Source: Tubiluchus corallicola | Lineage: Eukaryota; Animalia; Priapulida | Assembly (NCBI GenBank): GCA_030141605.1 | Contig: JAQGDQ010000908.1 | Coordinates: forward strand, 1,029-65,028 | DNA length: 64,000 nucleotides | Direction: 5' to 3' | In this document: positions 28,447 through 43,210 of the stretch, in pieces | Numbering within the stretch: the stretch's first letter is position 1 | Layout of the letters: every line of letters begins with the position of its first letter | Made by a program: the position numbers and the translations under genes | Notes under the pieces: generated by a model | What the model saw: the letters and a program-made list of their open reading frames with translations, nothing else | Databases searched by the model: none | What the model was told of the DNA's origin: nothing

Positions 28447-29595
28447 ATGACTACGAAAAAAATTGCTATAGTCACTAGTATCATTTTTACTTTAACAATG
28501 GCTGTCTTGTATAATTCATGGACCATAAATCCACTGTTAATTGAAGTGAGACGTTTTAACCGGACTTCAGAAAGAGTTGAAAGCTATTATCCTTCCTTCA
28601 CTAGTAACCTAACAATTTCACCAACCCGGAAATTAATTTTGTTTTGGAATAAGTTCCACAAGGATGATTTTTTTGATTTTGGAAAAGGAAGTAAGCCTTT
28701 TGAAATGTGTGACGTGCGGGATAGAAATTGTGAAACAACAAATGACAAGACTCGTTTGAATGAAAGTGATGCAGTTATTGTGCACATGAGGGGCAATATT
28801 ACTCCTTTCCCTGTTTACCGACCATCTGGACAAAGATGGGTTTTCGTTTTGTGGGAAACGCCAATCAGAATGTTTCCCTACAAAAAAGGAAAAATCCCAG
28901 ACTTGTCGCATTTAAATGACATTTTTAACTGGACGATGACTTATCGTCTCGATTCCGATTTTCCTCGCTTACATGGAGAAGTTGTCTTACGTCCTTCACC
29001 TCGTGTTGAGATTGTTAAAAATTACGCTAAAGGAAAGGCAAAACTAGTGGCTTGGTTTGTAAGTAACTGCAACACCGATTATACTGGACGAATAGAATAT
29101 GCCAAAGAGTTACAGAAATACATCTCTGTTGATGTATATGGCAAATGTGGCAACTTAACATGTCCGAAAAAAGACCGTTATTGTGATAAGATGTTAAAAC
29201 GCGACTATAAATTTTATTTGTCATTTGAAAATTCTTACTGTCGTGACTATATTACAGAGAAAGTTTATAACAGGTTAATGTTCAGCAATGTGATTCCCGT
29301 AGTGAGAGGTGCTGCTGATTACACAAAGTTAACCCCATCACATTCAGTAATCAATACAGCAGATTTTGACTCAACTAAAAAACTTGCCGAGTATCTCTTG
29401 TATTTGGATAAGAACGACACTGCTTATTCACAATATTTTGCCTGGAAGCAGAATTATTCTATAGCAAGAGGCGCAAATCGAAGCTTCTGCCATTTGTGCA
29501 AAAAACTGAATAATCCGACTGAACCAGCAAAAACATACAACATACAAGACTGGTGGGTGAAGCAAGGAAATTGCATCGAGGTACAAAGACAGTAA
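28447..29595 (+). CDS. Alpha-1,3-fucosyltransferase (GT10), intronless type II Golgi membrane protein
   Basis: 382 aa with an N-terminal TM segment. Contains SDAVIVH, QRWVF..WETP, FNWTMTYRLDSD, AWFVSNC, VDVYGKCG and the alpha-1,3-FucT motif YKFYLSFENSYCRDYITEKVY, followed by LAEYLLYLDKNDTAYSQYFAWK. Confidence 0.95.
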   Translation: MTTKKIAIVTSIIFTLTMAVLYNSWTINPLLIEVRRFNRTSERVESYYPSFTSNLTISPTRKLILFWNKFHKDDFFDFGKGSKPFEMCDVRDRNCETTNDKTRLNESDAVIVHMRGNITPFPVYRPSGQRWVFVLWETPIRMFPYKKGKIPDLSHLNDIFNWTMTYRLDSDFPRLHGEVVLRPSPRVEIVKNYAKGKAKLVAWFVSNCNTDYTGRIEYAKELQKYISVDVYGKCGNLTCPKKDRYCDKMLKRDYKFYLSFENSYCRDYITEKVYNRLMFSNVIPVVRGAADYTKLTPSHSVINTADFDSTKKLAEYLLYLDKNDTAYSQYFAWKQNYSIARGANRSFCHLCKKLNNPTEPAKTYNIQDWWVKQGNCIEVQRQ

Positions 29596-31222
29596 GATTG
29601 TACACGAACCATAACCCTCATCCTATTGGTATTTTTATATGTGCTGTTTGCTTAATCTTCTGTGAGTTGTTTTCTGTTTCTGATCATTATGGGCGTGGTT
29701 ATAATTTTGAAAATATGCAGTCATTTGCATAATAAAATACAACTTTGCCTGTGCTTCTTCAGATATAGTACTAACACTTATAATTGGTGATGCCGATGAC
29801 GATGATGATGGTGATGATGATGGTGGTGATGATGATTCCTTTATCATCAGTACTTCGTTTGCTGAAAGCATGAAAAACAGCCAACATCTCCTTACCACAA
29901 GTACAAAGAATGAAATCTTTGCAAGTCAAGAAGCAAAATATAAATGATTTCACTGAGACAAGCCCAACCAGCCAAAAGCAATTGAAGTGTCATAGAAGAT
30001 TCGTTGAACTTCTGTCTGGTAAAAATGGCCTAGCTGCCATTTGCATAAAATGTTCTTAATTTTTACTTTGAAATAATTTAGCCAGTAAAAGAGCCACAGT
30101 ACAGCAAAAAACCTTTTTCCATAACATATCATTACTGTGCCATTTTTAAATAATAAAAATCATTTTCTTGAAACTAGCCACAAAATGTAAAAACAGTGAA
30201 TATAAATATGATGTACAAAAAAACAAATGTAGGTATAAAAGTAGACCAAGAACTGTACTAAACGTATGGAACAAGCAAATATAGCTCATAAAGAAAGAAT
30301 TTGCTTAAAACAATTATAAAAGGCGAGCATATTTTTTACTAATAATTTATCAATTTATTTATGCAAGATATAATTTGTAAACTCTTGAAGTTAATTTGAA
30401 GATTTACAAACCATTTGGAACTAGGACAACATAGGTTTCGCGTTAGAATGATTTCTCCAATTTGTGTTTGTTTTACATTAACGTTATGATCATGGCTTCC
30501 CACAAGTCTTACTCCATTTCCTTCTACAGCTAATAACAAATTCACTTTTTCTTCAGTTTTATGTCATGCCAAAAGATCGCCTTTCGACTTTACGAGATGT
30601 TTCTTACAGTTTGGTATGTCCAGTAGAAAAGTATTACATTTTAATAATATGTAATAGAAACTACATATTCTGCTACGTGTAGCAATTACTATCCTTTCTA
30701 ATTTTAAATTGTATTGGTCTTTTTAGTTAGCCTTTTGACGGAAGTGAGGGTTAACCTGTCATTCAACTTGCTTTTGTTTGAGTCTAGGTAATCTTGGTAG
30801 ACCATATTAAAGTTGACGAACGCAAAATTAAAGAAATATGGAAGCAGTAAACTTTCTTGATCAAGTATTATTCCTTTGTTTGTTTGTTCAGTTGTTTGTT
30901 TGTAAAGTAAAACGTTTCTACTGCGTGATAAAGTTTCCTACACATTAGCTGGGTGAATAATGGACGACAAATATAGGATGTGAAACAACACAAATTTGGC
31001 GATGTGATAGTGATATGATAGGATACTTTTACCAACAACACCATAACGTTAATCTATTTTAGATGACACGATACGATAAGAAAAAATACTTCTGAGACAG
31101 AGGTCACAGCAACAGGAGCCTTGAATATCTTTTTTTCAAAACAGAATGTCTCAAAGTTACGGACTCAAATAAATATGATTCGTGTATTTGTTTGTGTTGA
31201 CCATTAGCCGACCAAGGGGTTT

Positions 31223-32564
31223 TTATATTGCACTAAAGACCATACGTCTGCGCCCGCTCATCCGCGCAACAGACATACTCGATGTGCTTGACACACCTCC
31301 AACTTCTTTCGATCTAACACTAGGTTCACCTGTCCTCACAGGTTTACCGTGTGCATTCATGATTACATCAATTATTCCAGCCTTATTTGTACCCTGTGGT
31401 AAAGTTAACCTACGTTCAGCAGTTATCTGCTTTAAGACAGGTACAGTTAGTTGCTGCAATTCACTCTCCAGGTAAACGCCTGACATAATTAACGCCTAAT
31501 CACAGATAATATAGGATAAATAGTAGTTACAGTGGAAAGTAGTATGCAGTGAAATAGTTACAGTGAAACAGTAGCTTGCAGAATATTTATAGATCTACCA
31601 TTCAATTGTCACAGACTGGCTCAACGCATACAGACATACATAAATACTGTATATTAGGGTAATGTAAGTGCAAATCAAACAAAGTAGCAAAATAGGAATA
31701 TACAAAATCTAGGCCTAGACTTTTGACTAGCCTGCAATGAAATAACGGTTCCACTAGCAGTTGAAACGTTTACAGTGCGATCAAGGACAAATCGGGCATT
31801 CAAGTCAGCATATACCTAGAATTATAGCATTTACAAAATCTGCATGAAAACTATGTAAATAATGGACAAAACACATTCAACTGAGTAATCAATAATTGAG
31901 TGATCAACACTAATCAGTAATCAACTGAGTAATCAGAAGGAAAGATGCTATGTTCTTTCGATATGTTTTTGCCCAAAGTTTCCCCCTGAATATTAGCCAT
32001 GTAACTAATTACCTGAAAGGAAATATCATCAAATTCTCAAAATGCTGACAAAGAATTTTATTCCTACCGAGTTACACCAAATAAAGTCAAATATCCCACT
32101 TCCGGCACCAAAATTTGACGATGTTGTCTAATTTTCGCTATTGCAAATAGGTGGTTCGTGACTTAAGTGTAATCCTTAGGTAAAGAATAAAAGCTTAGTC
32201 GAAATTAACACTGGGAAAAAAACCACTGAATTAATAAAATAATATAACAATTTAACTAATTTCCCAAAATACATTGCAAGACAAATATTAATAATAAAGA
32301 TTATGTCGGCTAAGTTTTCACTAGTCCAGTCTAGGCACCATCAAGCGACTTTTCTCCTGCTCCCATTCCGCATCATCTCTGTCTGACTCCTCACCAGAGA
32401 GCTTCGTCGAGAAATGGTGCACCATAAAAACGGTTTGCCACACCTCTTCATGCATCCGATTACGTGAACGATGTCTCCAAACTTTGACGACTCCTGATGA
32501 CGTCCTCGCCTCCAATAATATGACGCCAAAATAGAGTAGAATTCAAGCTCCTGCACTCGTCACA
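31223..32564 (-). mobile_element. Truncated Gypsy-type element: 5' LTR (32114-32564), tRNA-Leu PBS, leader and gag start with a SAP/HeH-like helix pair
   Basis: LTR bounded by (T)TTGACGA...TCGTCACA inverted termini, with PBS TGGTGCCGGAAGTGGGAT at 32093-32110. ORF 31223-31486 begins SELQQLTVPVLKQITAERRLTLPQGTNKAGIIDVI. Confidence 0.65.
32093..32110 (-). promoter_or_regulatory. Primer binding site resembling tRNA-Leu
   Basis: TGGTGCCGGAAGTGGGAT versus the canonical TGGTGTCAGAAGTGGGAT (2 mismatches), 3 nt from the LTR end. Confidence 0.7.
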
Positions 32565-35500
32565 AGGTAAGGATCACCAATTTCGTAATTAATACATGGA
32601 AGTACCAACGACAGTTTCATCAACGTCAGGCAAATGCGGATAAGTATCATCATCAGTAGATATCATCGACAACTGGTAAATACAATCTTTAATAAGTTAT
32701 GTATCATCAGCGTCAGGAAAATGTGATCAGCAACAGGTAAGTATCATCGCTGAAATGCAACTATCGTCTCTGTCGTAACCATGTAGACTGATCGCTTTTC
32801 TGCAAGCAAGCACTATTACTACTAAACCATCATTTTATGGCATGAGAACGTCCGCTTAACTCGACAACTTAAAGCGGAATACCTGGGCGAACTGAACAGC
32901 AAAAATTTCGTCTACGTGGCTTCAATCACATGATATAGTAGTAATGCATAAATAGTATCATTCAATGTACAGGTGAAATCTGATTTCAGAACAGATTGGC
33001 TTCTGTCGTTGTACCGTTAAACAGTTTAACTAAACTTCTTTTATAAAAATAGAAAATAATAAATGGTGGAATTAAAACAGTGGGAACTAGCTACATAACC
33101 TGGCCTAAAATAAGCCTGAGAGTCATATATAGTTTTTACACAATGATATTTACATTGACCATATTGGTCTACAACGTTATAAAGATGTAACTACATTTTA
33201 GTATGCCTGAATAGAAAACGACAAAAACTATCGACATTATCGTTTCCTTTATACTAGAAGATTAAGACAATGATGTAAACTAGACCGCGCTCATGGCAAA
33301 GCCATAAAATTGACCATTACGATCAAATTTGTAACTGCTGACTGTGAAAACTGTTTGTTGACTTGATCTTTGTCAGATGAATTAAAATATGCACATTATT
33401 ATTAGAATTAATCTACAAAGTTTAATCTGCAATTAAGATATCAAAGTAACAGTATTATATAATATTAGAATACAAAAGATATAATGATACCTTACAAAGA
33501 CCTAACTAGGTTTTAGTACAATCAGTAGATGTTAATAAATGTGTACTGCAATAGAATGCCAATTAGGTATCGTTCTACTCAGGGAAATGTCGGCTATCAA
33601 TCGGCCATTCAATCGTGCTATTTTAATGCGTATCACGGTGTTGGATAGTTGAAATTGTCCGCATTAGTCGATTTCACACAAGTATTGTACTTTGTTACAG
33701 TGCAAACACTGCAGTTACTAAAAGCTTTTTTCTATATACCTATTCTTCAAAAATCGATTTTTGGTTTGTTTGGGGTAAGCAAATGCATTTCGTTTATAAT
33801 TTTCCATGAAAATCCATTGTGTGAGGAGTAGAAATCTGAATAATTATCAAATGTAACGGTTAGTGACAGCAGTTTTTTTATGAAACCATGCAAACAGCAG
33901 CAAACTCTTACCGTCCGTTACTTAAATTCAGAATAATTCATTAAATGGGCACGATGCCAAATACTACTTTTCCTACAGCCCTGCATGTTCACTCATAAAT
34001 CTGTTTGCTAGAGCAGATCCAGGCAAATAGGGTTTCACGTATAAACAGTATAACTCGAGATATAACTCGGAAACAAGAGCCCAAAAAAGAAGAAGTACTG
34101 GTAGTATGAGATGAACATACTAATAATCTAATAATTTATATGAAACAACGCCTTAATCAGGCAGGGCCCAAGTTATGTTGCTGAATCTATCAGAGAGTAT
34201 TACGTCAAAAACGTTAAATCATAACATAGATTTACAATAAAAAAAAATTGTAAATCTCCAACGAGATCTCAAAATAGTAAAATTACAACAAGTATTTGGC
34301 AAAAAAATTAAATGCACCTAATAACTTGCAGCAAAATTACTGTAGGTAGGACTACCGAACGACATATTGTGCTGTACCGTTACAACTTCGTTACAGTTAC
34401 AGATCATTCATCTTGCGCAAACAAGAATGGCGGTTCTTCACACGCGAGTATAATAACAACGTACAGATAAAAAATCAAACACAGCATGTTTTACAGTAAA
34501 CTTCTAATAAAATAGATGTAAAATTCGATTTTGTGTATGATTATATTCCGTAAAAGCCTATATTATAGTCAGGGTTTTGTTTGACTTTAAATTTGGAGAA
34601 TATAATAACTTTTCTTTTAGTATATATTCTTTCGTGTATGTATTTAATTTACTTAAAATTTACAGAGAGCTTAATTGCCACATTTTGTGTTAGCAGATCT
34701 GCTGTATTATTGCTTAAAAAAAGAGGATGGTATCATCTGCAGAAAGACTGGTTTGAACATTCGGATAGTTAGCAAGATCATTTACATGAATTAAAAATAA
34801 CAAATGGCCGGTGTTGATCCTTGAAGAACATTGCATAGCATAACAATAGTTGAAGCGGTTGGATCTCGAATTTACCTAGCCAAATGCATTATCTACACCA
34901 GTAATATTTTATGGAGGTAACTAGAGGAACACGTGGCACCATCCTGAAACGATATGTCAAATACTACAGCTGTACAAATTTTAGGTTTTTTGGAAAATTT
35001 AACAATTTTAGCAATTAGTGCCTCCTCTATAATAGTGTAATTATCATTGTAAAGTCCATGACGTACATAATTAATTCTGTATTTTTTATTTTTATTCTGA
35101 TATGACGCAAATACACAAGAAGCTTTTTTGGTGGCTAGGAGATTATAAAGAAGTTCTGGTAATCTTCGTTTCTCATATTTATTAAATTCACTCTTGCCTA
35201 GTAGTCTCTGCGCACTCTCGCTAACTATTAGAATAACTCAGTTTTCAAACTTCCCGACATTAATGATTTAAATAAAAGCTTTTTCTATCGCTGATGTTTT
35301 TAGTTCTGGGCGCAGCTGCACAAGCAATTTAGTATTTACAAGGCACGACTAACCAGAGCCACAGCAGCTTACAGGTATGTTTATAAGATTTGTGAAAAAA
35401 ATACGGAACACGTAAATAAGCTTAAAATGTTTAAAGAACTTTGAATATGATAGAGTTAAAAATATTGTAGTATAAACTTTAAATTTAACACTGAAATTCT

Positions 35501-36789
35501 GTGTAATATTGATATTATATTAATTTCAGTTAATTATGTTAAGTTGATCCCATATTCGATATAAAATTAGTTAAAATAAATAAAAAGCAAATTATAATTT
35601 TAACTGTCTCTAGGTCCCTAAAAATTTGTAACATTTCTTTACAAAGTGATACATATATTACTTTTCAAGGTTCCAAAAGTATTCTAGTAACTTCCGAAAT
35701 TGTATCACCACTTTGAATTTACCTTTACAGTTAATTTTAATCTAAACCTCAGCGCCAGACATTTGAAAAAACGCAGATGTCTGAAAAACAACGTTCCAGA
35801 TTTCACATGGTTCGGTGTGCTAGAGAACGGGAGATTGTCATGCTTATGTGTTCATGTGAGCTTATCATCGAAACTATGTTTGCAACAATAAAATATAATG
35901 AAATGATTTATAATTTTTTTTCAAGGTTACAATAGTTGAGTTGTTATGAATGAACGTTCATTGTTGGGTTACATTTTTCGATGCTATCAATTGTTCTTAG
36001 CTGCCGATAGTACATTATATGTAAGCCGCATATACAAATCTTCAAAAAATTATTATATAATATTTATTATAAGTAAGGACTGGAAATAATACCCTCTCTT
36101 TTTTACACGTTATAGAAATGCAAGAGTCTTCTCAATTACGTGTCGTATAGATCACCTGGCAGAGTCAACGTTGATGCCATTTTGCCAACACTCTTGAGTC
36201 CACATCTCACTGTTGGGATGTCTCTCTATAGGTTAGACGTCGAATCATGTGTACAGCATGATTCACGTATACTATGTTATATGTACAGCATGAATTCCAT
36301 GTAACAGTAAAAAATTATAACTCTATAGTAAACATTGCCTGCAAAAAGAGGCATGTATATACGTAATCACTATATTTATATGTAAAGAACTAGTTATAAT
36401 AATAACAACAATAATAATAAGATAGCTGAACTCTTCTTATATGCTCCCTAGCTGCAGCTTAGATGTAGTTCACGTATTTGGTGGTGTGGAATAGCATGGT
36501 GCGGACGGTGCGGTGCGGTTCGTGTGATGTGAGTGGAGGGTGTGGTATGAGTTGCGTGGTGCATGTGATGCGGTGACGATGGGTGTCATTGTGGGTGTTT
36601 GAACAAAATACTTTGATGCAGATATAGTTGTAGTGACCTTTGACCTCGGGCCAAAGGGTATAGGACACTGTACATTGGCTTTCAACTGTTGTTCTGCTTC
36701 TCCTAGGAATTTGCGTTAGAATTAAGTGTTTTTCACTGGTATTTAGGTACTGCGGCTTGATGTTCAATTGAGGTCCTAAAAAGCTGATA

Positions 36790-37580
36790 TCATTTAACAT
36801 TTACCATCCCGCACATTGAACCCAGTTGACTTTTTATATTTACTGATTTTTCTTGTGGATGTCATCACCAGCCATTCTGTTCTCTCGAATGGTATCGGTT
36901 GCACTGACGCCTTTAGTTGCCATTTCACGCAATAATGCGTGACTAGTAAGAAGTTGTATGTCAAAATGGCAGCATCACTGACTTCTAAAACCACATTTAC
37001 CAGTGAGTCTCCCGCATGACTGGCACATCCTTTTCTTTGCTCTTATAAACCTGTATTTGGTATTGATACTCATCAATGCTGCAAATATACCACAGTTTAT
37101 GTCCAAAGCCAATGGGTTTTCCAGGTATATACGTTGTGGCACTACGTTTTGTGGCATAGACTCATCAATGTTCAAGAAGGAATGGAATGCATCATATTTT
37201 ATTAAAGCTTCCTTTAACATTGTGTAAATGAGCTCTATTTTTGCAATCTTGTTTGCTTTCCCAAGGGCTTGATTAGCAGCAAAAACGTGTGTACTGCTTA
37301 GTGGACTGCAAGCGATTCCTGCTCATTTTTACTCTTCACAATTCCGCATCCCAGATCAGGTTCATTTGACCAGCAGTAGCGTTCTTCTGGAAGTTTATGG
37401 TAACTGGACAGCAATAAAATGCCTATAAAATTGACAATGTCGATCTCTTTACAGACTACGCTACGTTATTCTTCTCTCTGTGGGTAAACAAATTTGTATG
37501 GCGTGTTATGTGCTCTTCTGTGTTATCACCTCATCTGTAAAAAAGGCTAACCACATTTGAAAGGGTGACGTTTCTGAAAG
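36790..37580 (-). pseudogene. piggyBac (PGBD-like, DDE_Tnp_1_7) transposase remnant
   Basis: Frame-broken fragments SPFQMWLAFFTDEVI, FIGILLLSSYHKLPEERYCWSNEPDLG, NIDESM, YIPGKPIGFGHKLW and a C-terminal CQSC. Confidence 0.8.
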
Positions 37581-40500
37581 AATCGGATGCACTTATACAA
37601 TTTTGATTATCTGTCCCTCAAACAATGTTGGCAAATCACATTTTGGATTGGCTGCTTTGCTCTATTTTGGTTGACTTCTGAAACGTTTAGCTGTTGGCTG
37701 ATCATTGATTTTTTTCATCAGATGACTCACTTTCAGATCTTGAAGGGTACTAAGCAACATTTGCTATTGCACAACTAGTTATCACATCAAAGAAACCAAA
37801 ACCATTGTTACTTTGTTACCTAACAGTTGTTGGTATAATTGGAAAGTCTCGTGCTACAAACTGCCTAACGTTCCCATCTAGGAACATCACATATTGGGGT
37901 TGATATTTGATAACTAAATAACAAATTAAAATTTTAGTAGTACATGTAATGGATAGGTAGATGTGTCAGCAAGAGTTATATAGAATAAACAGAAATCAAA
38001 GGTTTTTAACTTTTCAATAAGTTTTTGTAATTAAGCACCTAGTTTGAAGAGTGACAGAAGGCTACTTGTCGATGTTGAAAATAAAAATTAGTTTCAAACA
38101 TTCAAAATTTGCCTGTAAATTAAGATTTGTTTAACTAAGAACCAGTAATATTATTTACAACAAAGACAACCTTAGCATAGACTTTCGGTAGCAGCAAACT
38201 TTTGTTCCGATATAGGAACGTTGGGAGGAAAAAAGGAAGTGTAGGGTATTTGTCACAAGAAGAAAACAAGATGGCGTCACGATGCAGATGGATGCAAATG
38301 CAGTGACTGTGACAACACGTTACAACGCATCATATGAAGAGCTTCGTGGGATAGTTATCACAAGGAACCTTTTGCTGTTGAAACTGGAACTAGTCGTTTA
38401 TAATGAAACGACCATATAATGAAACGATCGAAAGCTTGCTTAAAAAAACTTTTAAAAAGTAGGTTTATAGAGTGCGTTACCTTCATGCTAAAAGTAACTG
38501 AAACTGTCAACCATTTTGAAAACTAAAATATCAACTAAATTTGAATGTGAAAAATGGCACCGTGGCATTGTGGCTAGCCAAAACAGGAAGCTAATAAACT
38601 CAGTTTTGGCTGAAAGACCTGTCTTGCATATATAGCCTTTTATTATAGGGCTTTATTATAGGACATGAAAGCTTGGACTTGCTTCTGTAATTTTTGACGT
38701 TTGACGTTATCGTAGAAACTCATCCAAGTACTTTGACATTCATACCTGTGTTCAAGGTCACTGCAAGATACTTCAGTACTTGAGAATGAGTTTCATGATT
38801 CGAGCTGATGTAGATTTTCATTTTTTGGACTTATTGGACGTTCAAGATATGGACATATTTTTACACTCTTGCCTATGTCACCTGATCTGCTTCACTCTCC
38901 ATTTTTTTGAAAAAATGCCTAATGCACATCTATCCCTACCCCGGTACCATTAGACACAAAAACATTGAATGGTAGTGAAATGCTGTAAGAGGAAATGAGC
39001 GACAAAAATTGTGGCTGGCAAACATACGTATTCTGATGCTAATATCGTATGATATAAAGAAGTTAGATGTCATCCACCTCGCTACAAATGTTAAGCAAAT
39101 CTGATAATGACTTTGTTAAGTTAAATATATTAAATATCGATACAGTCTACCTATATATCGAGACAAACTACAGGTCCTAGTCATAAACATTTACTTAGAA
39201 AACATAATATCTCAACTCTAAAAGAATATCTGAAATGTATACGTAACGGACTACATACTTATCAGACATAGCAAGAGATTCTCTATTTTATAACAGAGAA
39301 CAGGTAGACTATTTTTCAATTCAGCAGTTGACTAATAAATGCAGAGTAAGATCTCAAATAGAACCACCAAGGTCGCAAATCCCCGTTGATTTATGGTTAG
39401 CCCCGCTTGACTTACTAAATCGAGGCAGTAATGCATTAACAAATTGTGTAAATTATATAAGGGATGAATTTATTATAAGAACAATATCTGATAACTGTTG
39501 TTAAAAATTTGATATAGGTTAGTATAGATTACATTGATATTATAATTATTTTAAAGAAGAACAGCTCGTTAAATATTATTGGTATAAGTAATACATATAG
39601 AGACTGACATAAATACTATAAAGTTACTGATAACATTGTCAACTTTTAAATTCGATTATATAATATGTACAGCATGATTTCCATGTAATAGTAAAGTATA
39701 TATATATATATATATATACGATGATGAGCTAAATATTTAGACGACATTTACAATTGTTAAGCTAAATATAGTATAGATAAGACTGCATGATTTGCAGCCT
39801 AGGATTACTTTTTTTACTTGCGTTGTAACATTTCTTTGGTTTCAAATTTGTAGACAAATTTATTTTACTTCAGATAGTCAAATTAATTTATATGTTATTT
39901 TTGCACAGTTAAATTTAATTATTTGTTTGAATTATAATTAATTTTTATATTGCTGTGCTCCTTACATTACATTACGTTTCAGACGTGTGGCGCTATCCAT
40001 TAACTTTTCATAAACCGACTTGGGGTGGCTGATCGTATAACGCATATTTGTTGCCACCCCTTCCCACCCACTTTATTCACAAGTTGTAAAATAAACAATT
40101 TGAATCTGAATTCTTGAATTTACTCAGCTTGATGTACTGTGCATGTCCGTGTTTAAACAGGGACAAACAAACAAGCAAGCACATTTAGTAAAGTTTAAGT
40201 GCTGTTTCGTATAGTGGTAGTATTTATTGATGGATTATGAAGGTGGCAGTAACCGTTTATTGACGTGAGGTGGTGACAAAGCTATAAGATCTGGATTGAT
40301 GAGCGATTAACACATTTATTTCACAATAATATATTACATAATAGTATACATATCATAGCTATGCCAAGCCGCCTATGATCTGTTCCTTGCTCCCGAGATC
40401 CCCGACCTGATCTGAGAGCCTGACTAATCTTGGCTTCCTTGAGGTTTCAGACTGACAGCGCATGCACTATAGTTGGCGCCAGACTGACGGCTCGGAAGAG

Positions 40501-41699
40501 CCATTGCCATATTAGGAATTCTTAGTGAAGAATAATCACGTGACGACCGCACCTTAATGTCGGCTTCCTGCGTGGCCGTGGCTTCCTTTCTAAATTCACT
40601 TATCGAACCATTAATCCTATTACTGAACTATTAATCACACATTTTTTTAGCATCTCTTTACTCATTTTTCAAATTTGGAAAACTAAATTCATTGACAATT
40701 TACAAATAGAAGGATATGAGTTGCGACTACTGTGACGTCACAGTCGTCCTTGCCCATACCAAATTACCCTGGTGTACATTTCGTACAAAATTTAGTTTTA
40801 GTGTAGTAAATTCAATGTTCAATTTTGTCATGTGATTGGGTTGGGTTCGTGTCCGTCCTACGAAACCTCTCCTTTCCAGTTTTTCATAGCAGTCTTCTGC
40901 TAAACGACTTCAAGGTTATGCGCTGGTAAATTTTCGCACCTCCGATCAGGTGGAAGGATGGTCTGTGATTCATTTAACCTTTTGATTTATTTGTGTCTGT
41001 AAAATTTAACTTTGAGATCTTGTAGTTGTTGGACTCAGATGGGCATCAAGCCAGCTGTTAGTATTGCCATCTCAAGCAGAGTGATTAAGAATTTATTTAT
41101 CTGCATCTCTGAGAGGATGGTCCTTTTTGCAGTATGCAAAATTGCAGTGATGTCATGTCACTAGTAAGAAAGAAATTTTTACTGCAAAATTAATTTAAGT
41201 CTAAACATGATTTATTTACTAGACGTGGTAATCACAAAAGCAGAACAACAGCACTCTGAGCCAACTGCGTTGAAATCACTATGAAAGTGCAATTACAAAG
41301 CAGTTCTCTGGAAAGTTAAAAAAACAGCTATGAAACAGTTATACTTTGCCAACATACAAGATACAAGAGCACCAAATAAAACCAAATTGTACTGTAGTTT
41401 AGCGGCGACCAACCGTTACTGGCACAAATAAGCTCAAACTGAGCTTCGACTCTATCTGAGACTGTCAAAAGAATTTTAGACGAGTGTTGAGCCCAAAAAA
41501 GAGAGTAAAGGAGTAAAGTTGCCTAACACGAACACTGTACATTCCATTCTGCTAATCAATCACCTACTAAACAAAAGATAAAAGAAAAATTAAATGAACA
41601 AATCACAAATGAAGTTAATCAAGCCAGAGTTATTCGGATAAGGAAAAAACTGGTTCGCTGGTTGGTAGAAAAATGGTCAACAAAATTTGGGAATTTTTG

Positions 41700-43210
41700 A
41701 TTTTAATTGTCCCGATCCTGGTTCTCTTTGGCCATTTTATTCTCAGAATGTTCCTTTACTTTCTTCTTTGAAATGCATCACTTTCTGATTTGTGTTGAGC
41801 TTTAATTGCCCATAATTAGTTATAGAGTTATAGAGAAACACAGTTTCCACAAGTGCAGCAAAGATACTTAATTTTGTATATTTTTGTTAATTTGGAATAT
41901 GCAGCTAGTGCTAAGATTTTTTCTCTTGATATATCTTCATCTGTGGCCAGAAGACTGCCTAAGTATTTGCTTTTCCTCCGTGCATCATCTTCATTCCCTT
42001 TTATGCAATGTTCTTCTGTTTTATCTTTATTTAGTACGAGATCCATTTCTTTTAATCTTGTTTCTATTTTGATTTTGATATCATCTATTTCATGATTGGT
42101 TCTTCCTATCCATGAAGTATTATGAAGTATCCATGAAAGGCATATTGCAGGTCTTTGGTTATAATGAACTTCGTTTTATTAGCATAATTTTGTTCTAATT
42201 CTGTTCCAGATAGTAGCTTTTCTGGATCTAGATGTTGTGTAATTGTGGCCACCAAGTTCTTTTCTGGGTGTAATTTTCCTGTTCATTAATGCCGTAGCAA
42301 GGTAAAAAGTGAAGAGAACAGGACCTAGGCAGTCTTCTTGAGGTATTCCCTTATTCGTAAAAATGAATCACTCAGTCTGCATTCAAATTTAACACCAATT
42401 GGAAGATCTTCCCATAATATTGATATCATGTGAATTTAATCATTGTAAATAGTGTAGCAGTGTCTTTCTTTTCAAATGCCTTGGAGATGTCAATGAATTA
42501 TATATACATATTGACTTTTCTGTCAAAGAGATAGCTTTTCTGTTAGTATCTTGCAAGTCTGAACAAGTTCTATTGTATTTCTTCCAGGCTGGTAAGCTGC
42601 TTGAATTTCAGGAATTCACTTATGCAGTCTGTCATAAATTCTGTTGAGCATACATATAGCTAAAACTTTTCTTATTATGGTTAACAGCATCAGCAGTCTT
42701 AGATTTACTATTGGTCATCTCTATTACCAGGTTCTGGCAGAGGAAGAGAAATGCCCTTATCAAGATCCTTTGGAAATATTCCTGTTTCAGCTATAGTATT
42801 TAATATAATTGCTGTTGATTTGTAAAGTTCGTCAGTTCAGCATTTAAGTAATTCTGCTTTTATTTTATCAATCCCTGGACTATTGTTGTTCTTTAGTGGT
42901 CTAGCTGCAGATTTAACTTCATCTGAAGTAAAAGGTGTGTTCATGCGATAAGTTCACATTCGTTAATTTTTCCTGTATTTTCATCATTGAATACATATTG
43001 AAAAAATTCTTCGCCTGTTGATATGAGGCAGTAATCAGTCCATTATCAGTCTTGAGCTATGATTTTCTTGTTTCGTTGAAAGTTTTGTAATATTCTTGTA
43101 GCTTTATAGTGTCTCGAAGAATCATAGTTTGTGTTCTTAATCTCATCAGCAATGCTTTTTACTTTGTTATCATTGATTTCATTTAGAATTTTCTGAATTT
43201 GACATAGTTT
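41700..43210 (-). mobile_element. Degenerate non-LTR retrotransposon (LINE, RTE-like) reverse transcriptase
   Basis: Fragments SPGIDKIKAELLK, NKGIPQEDCLGPVLF and LVLNKDKTE...KYLGSLL, with many stops and frameshifts. Confidence 0.8.
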
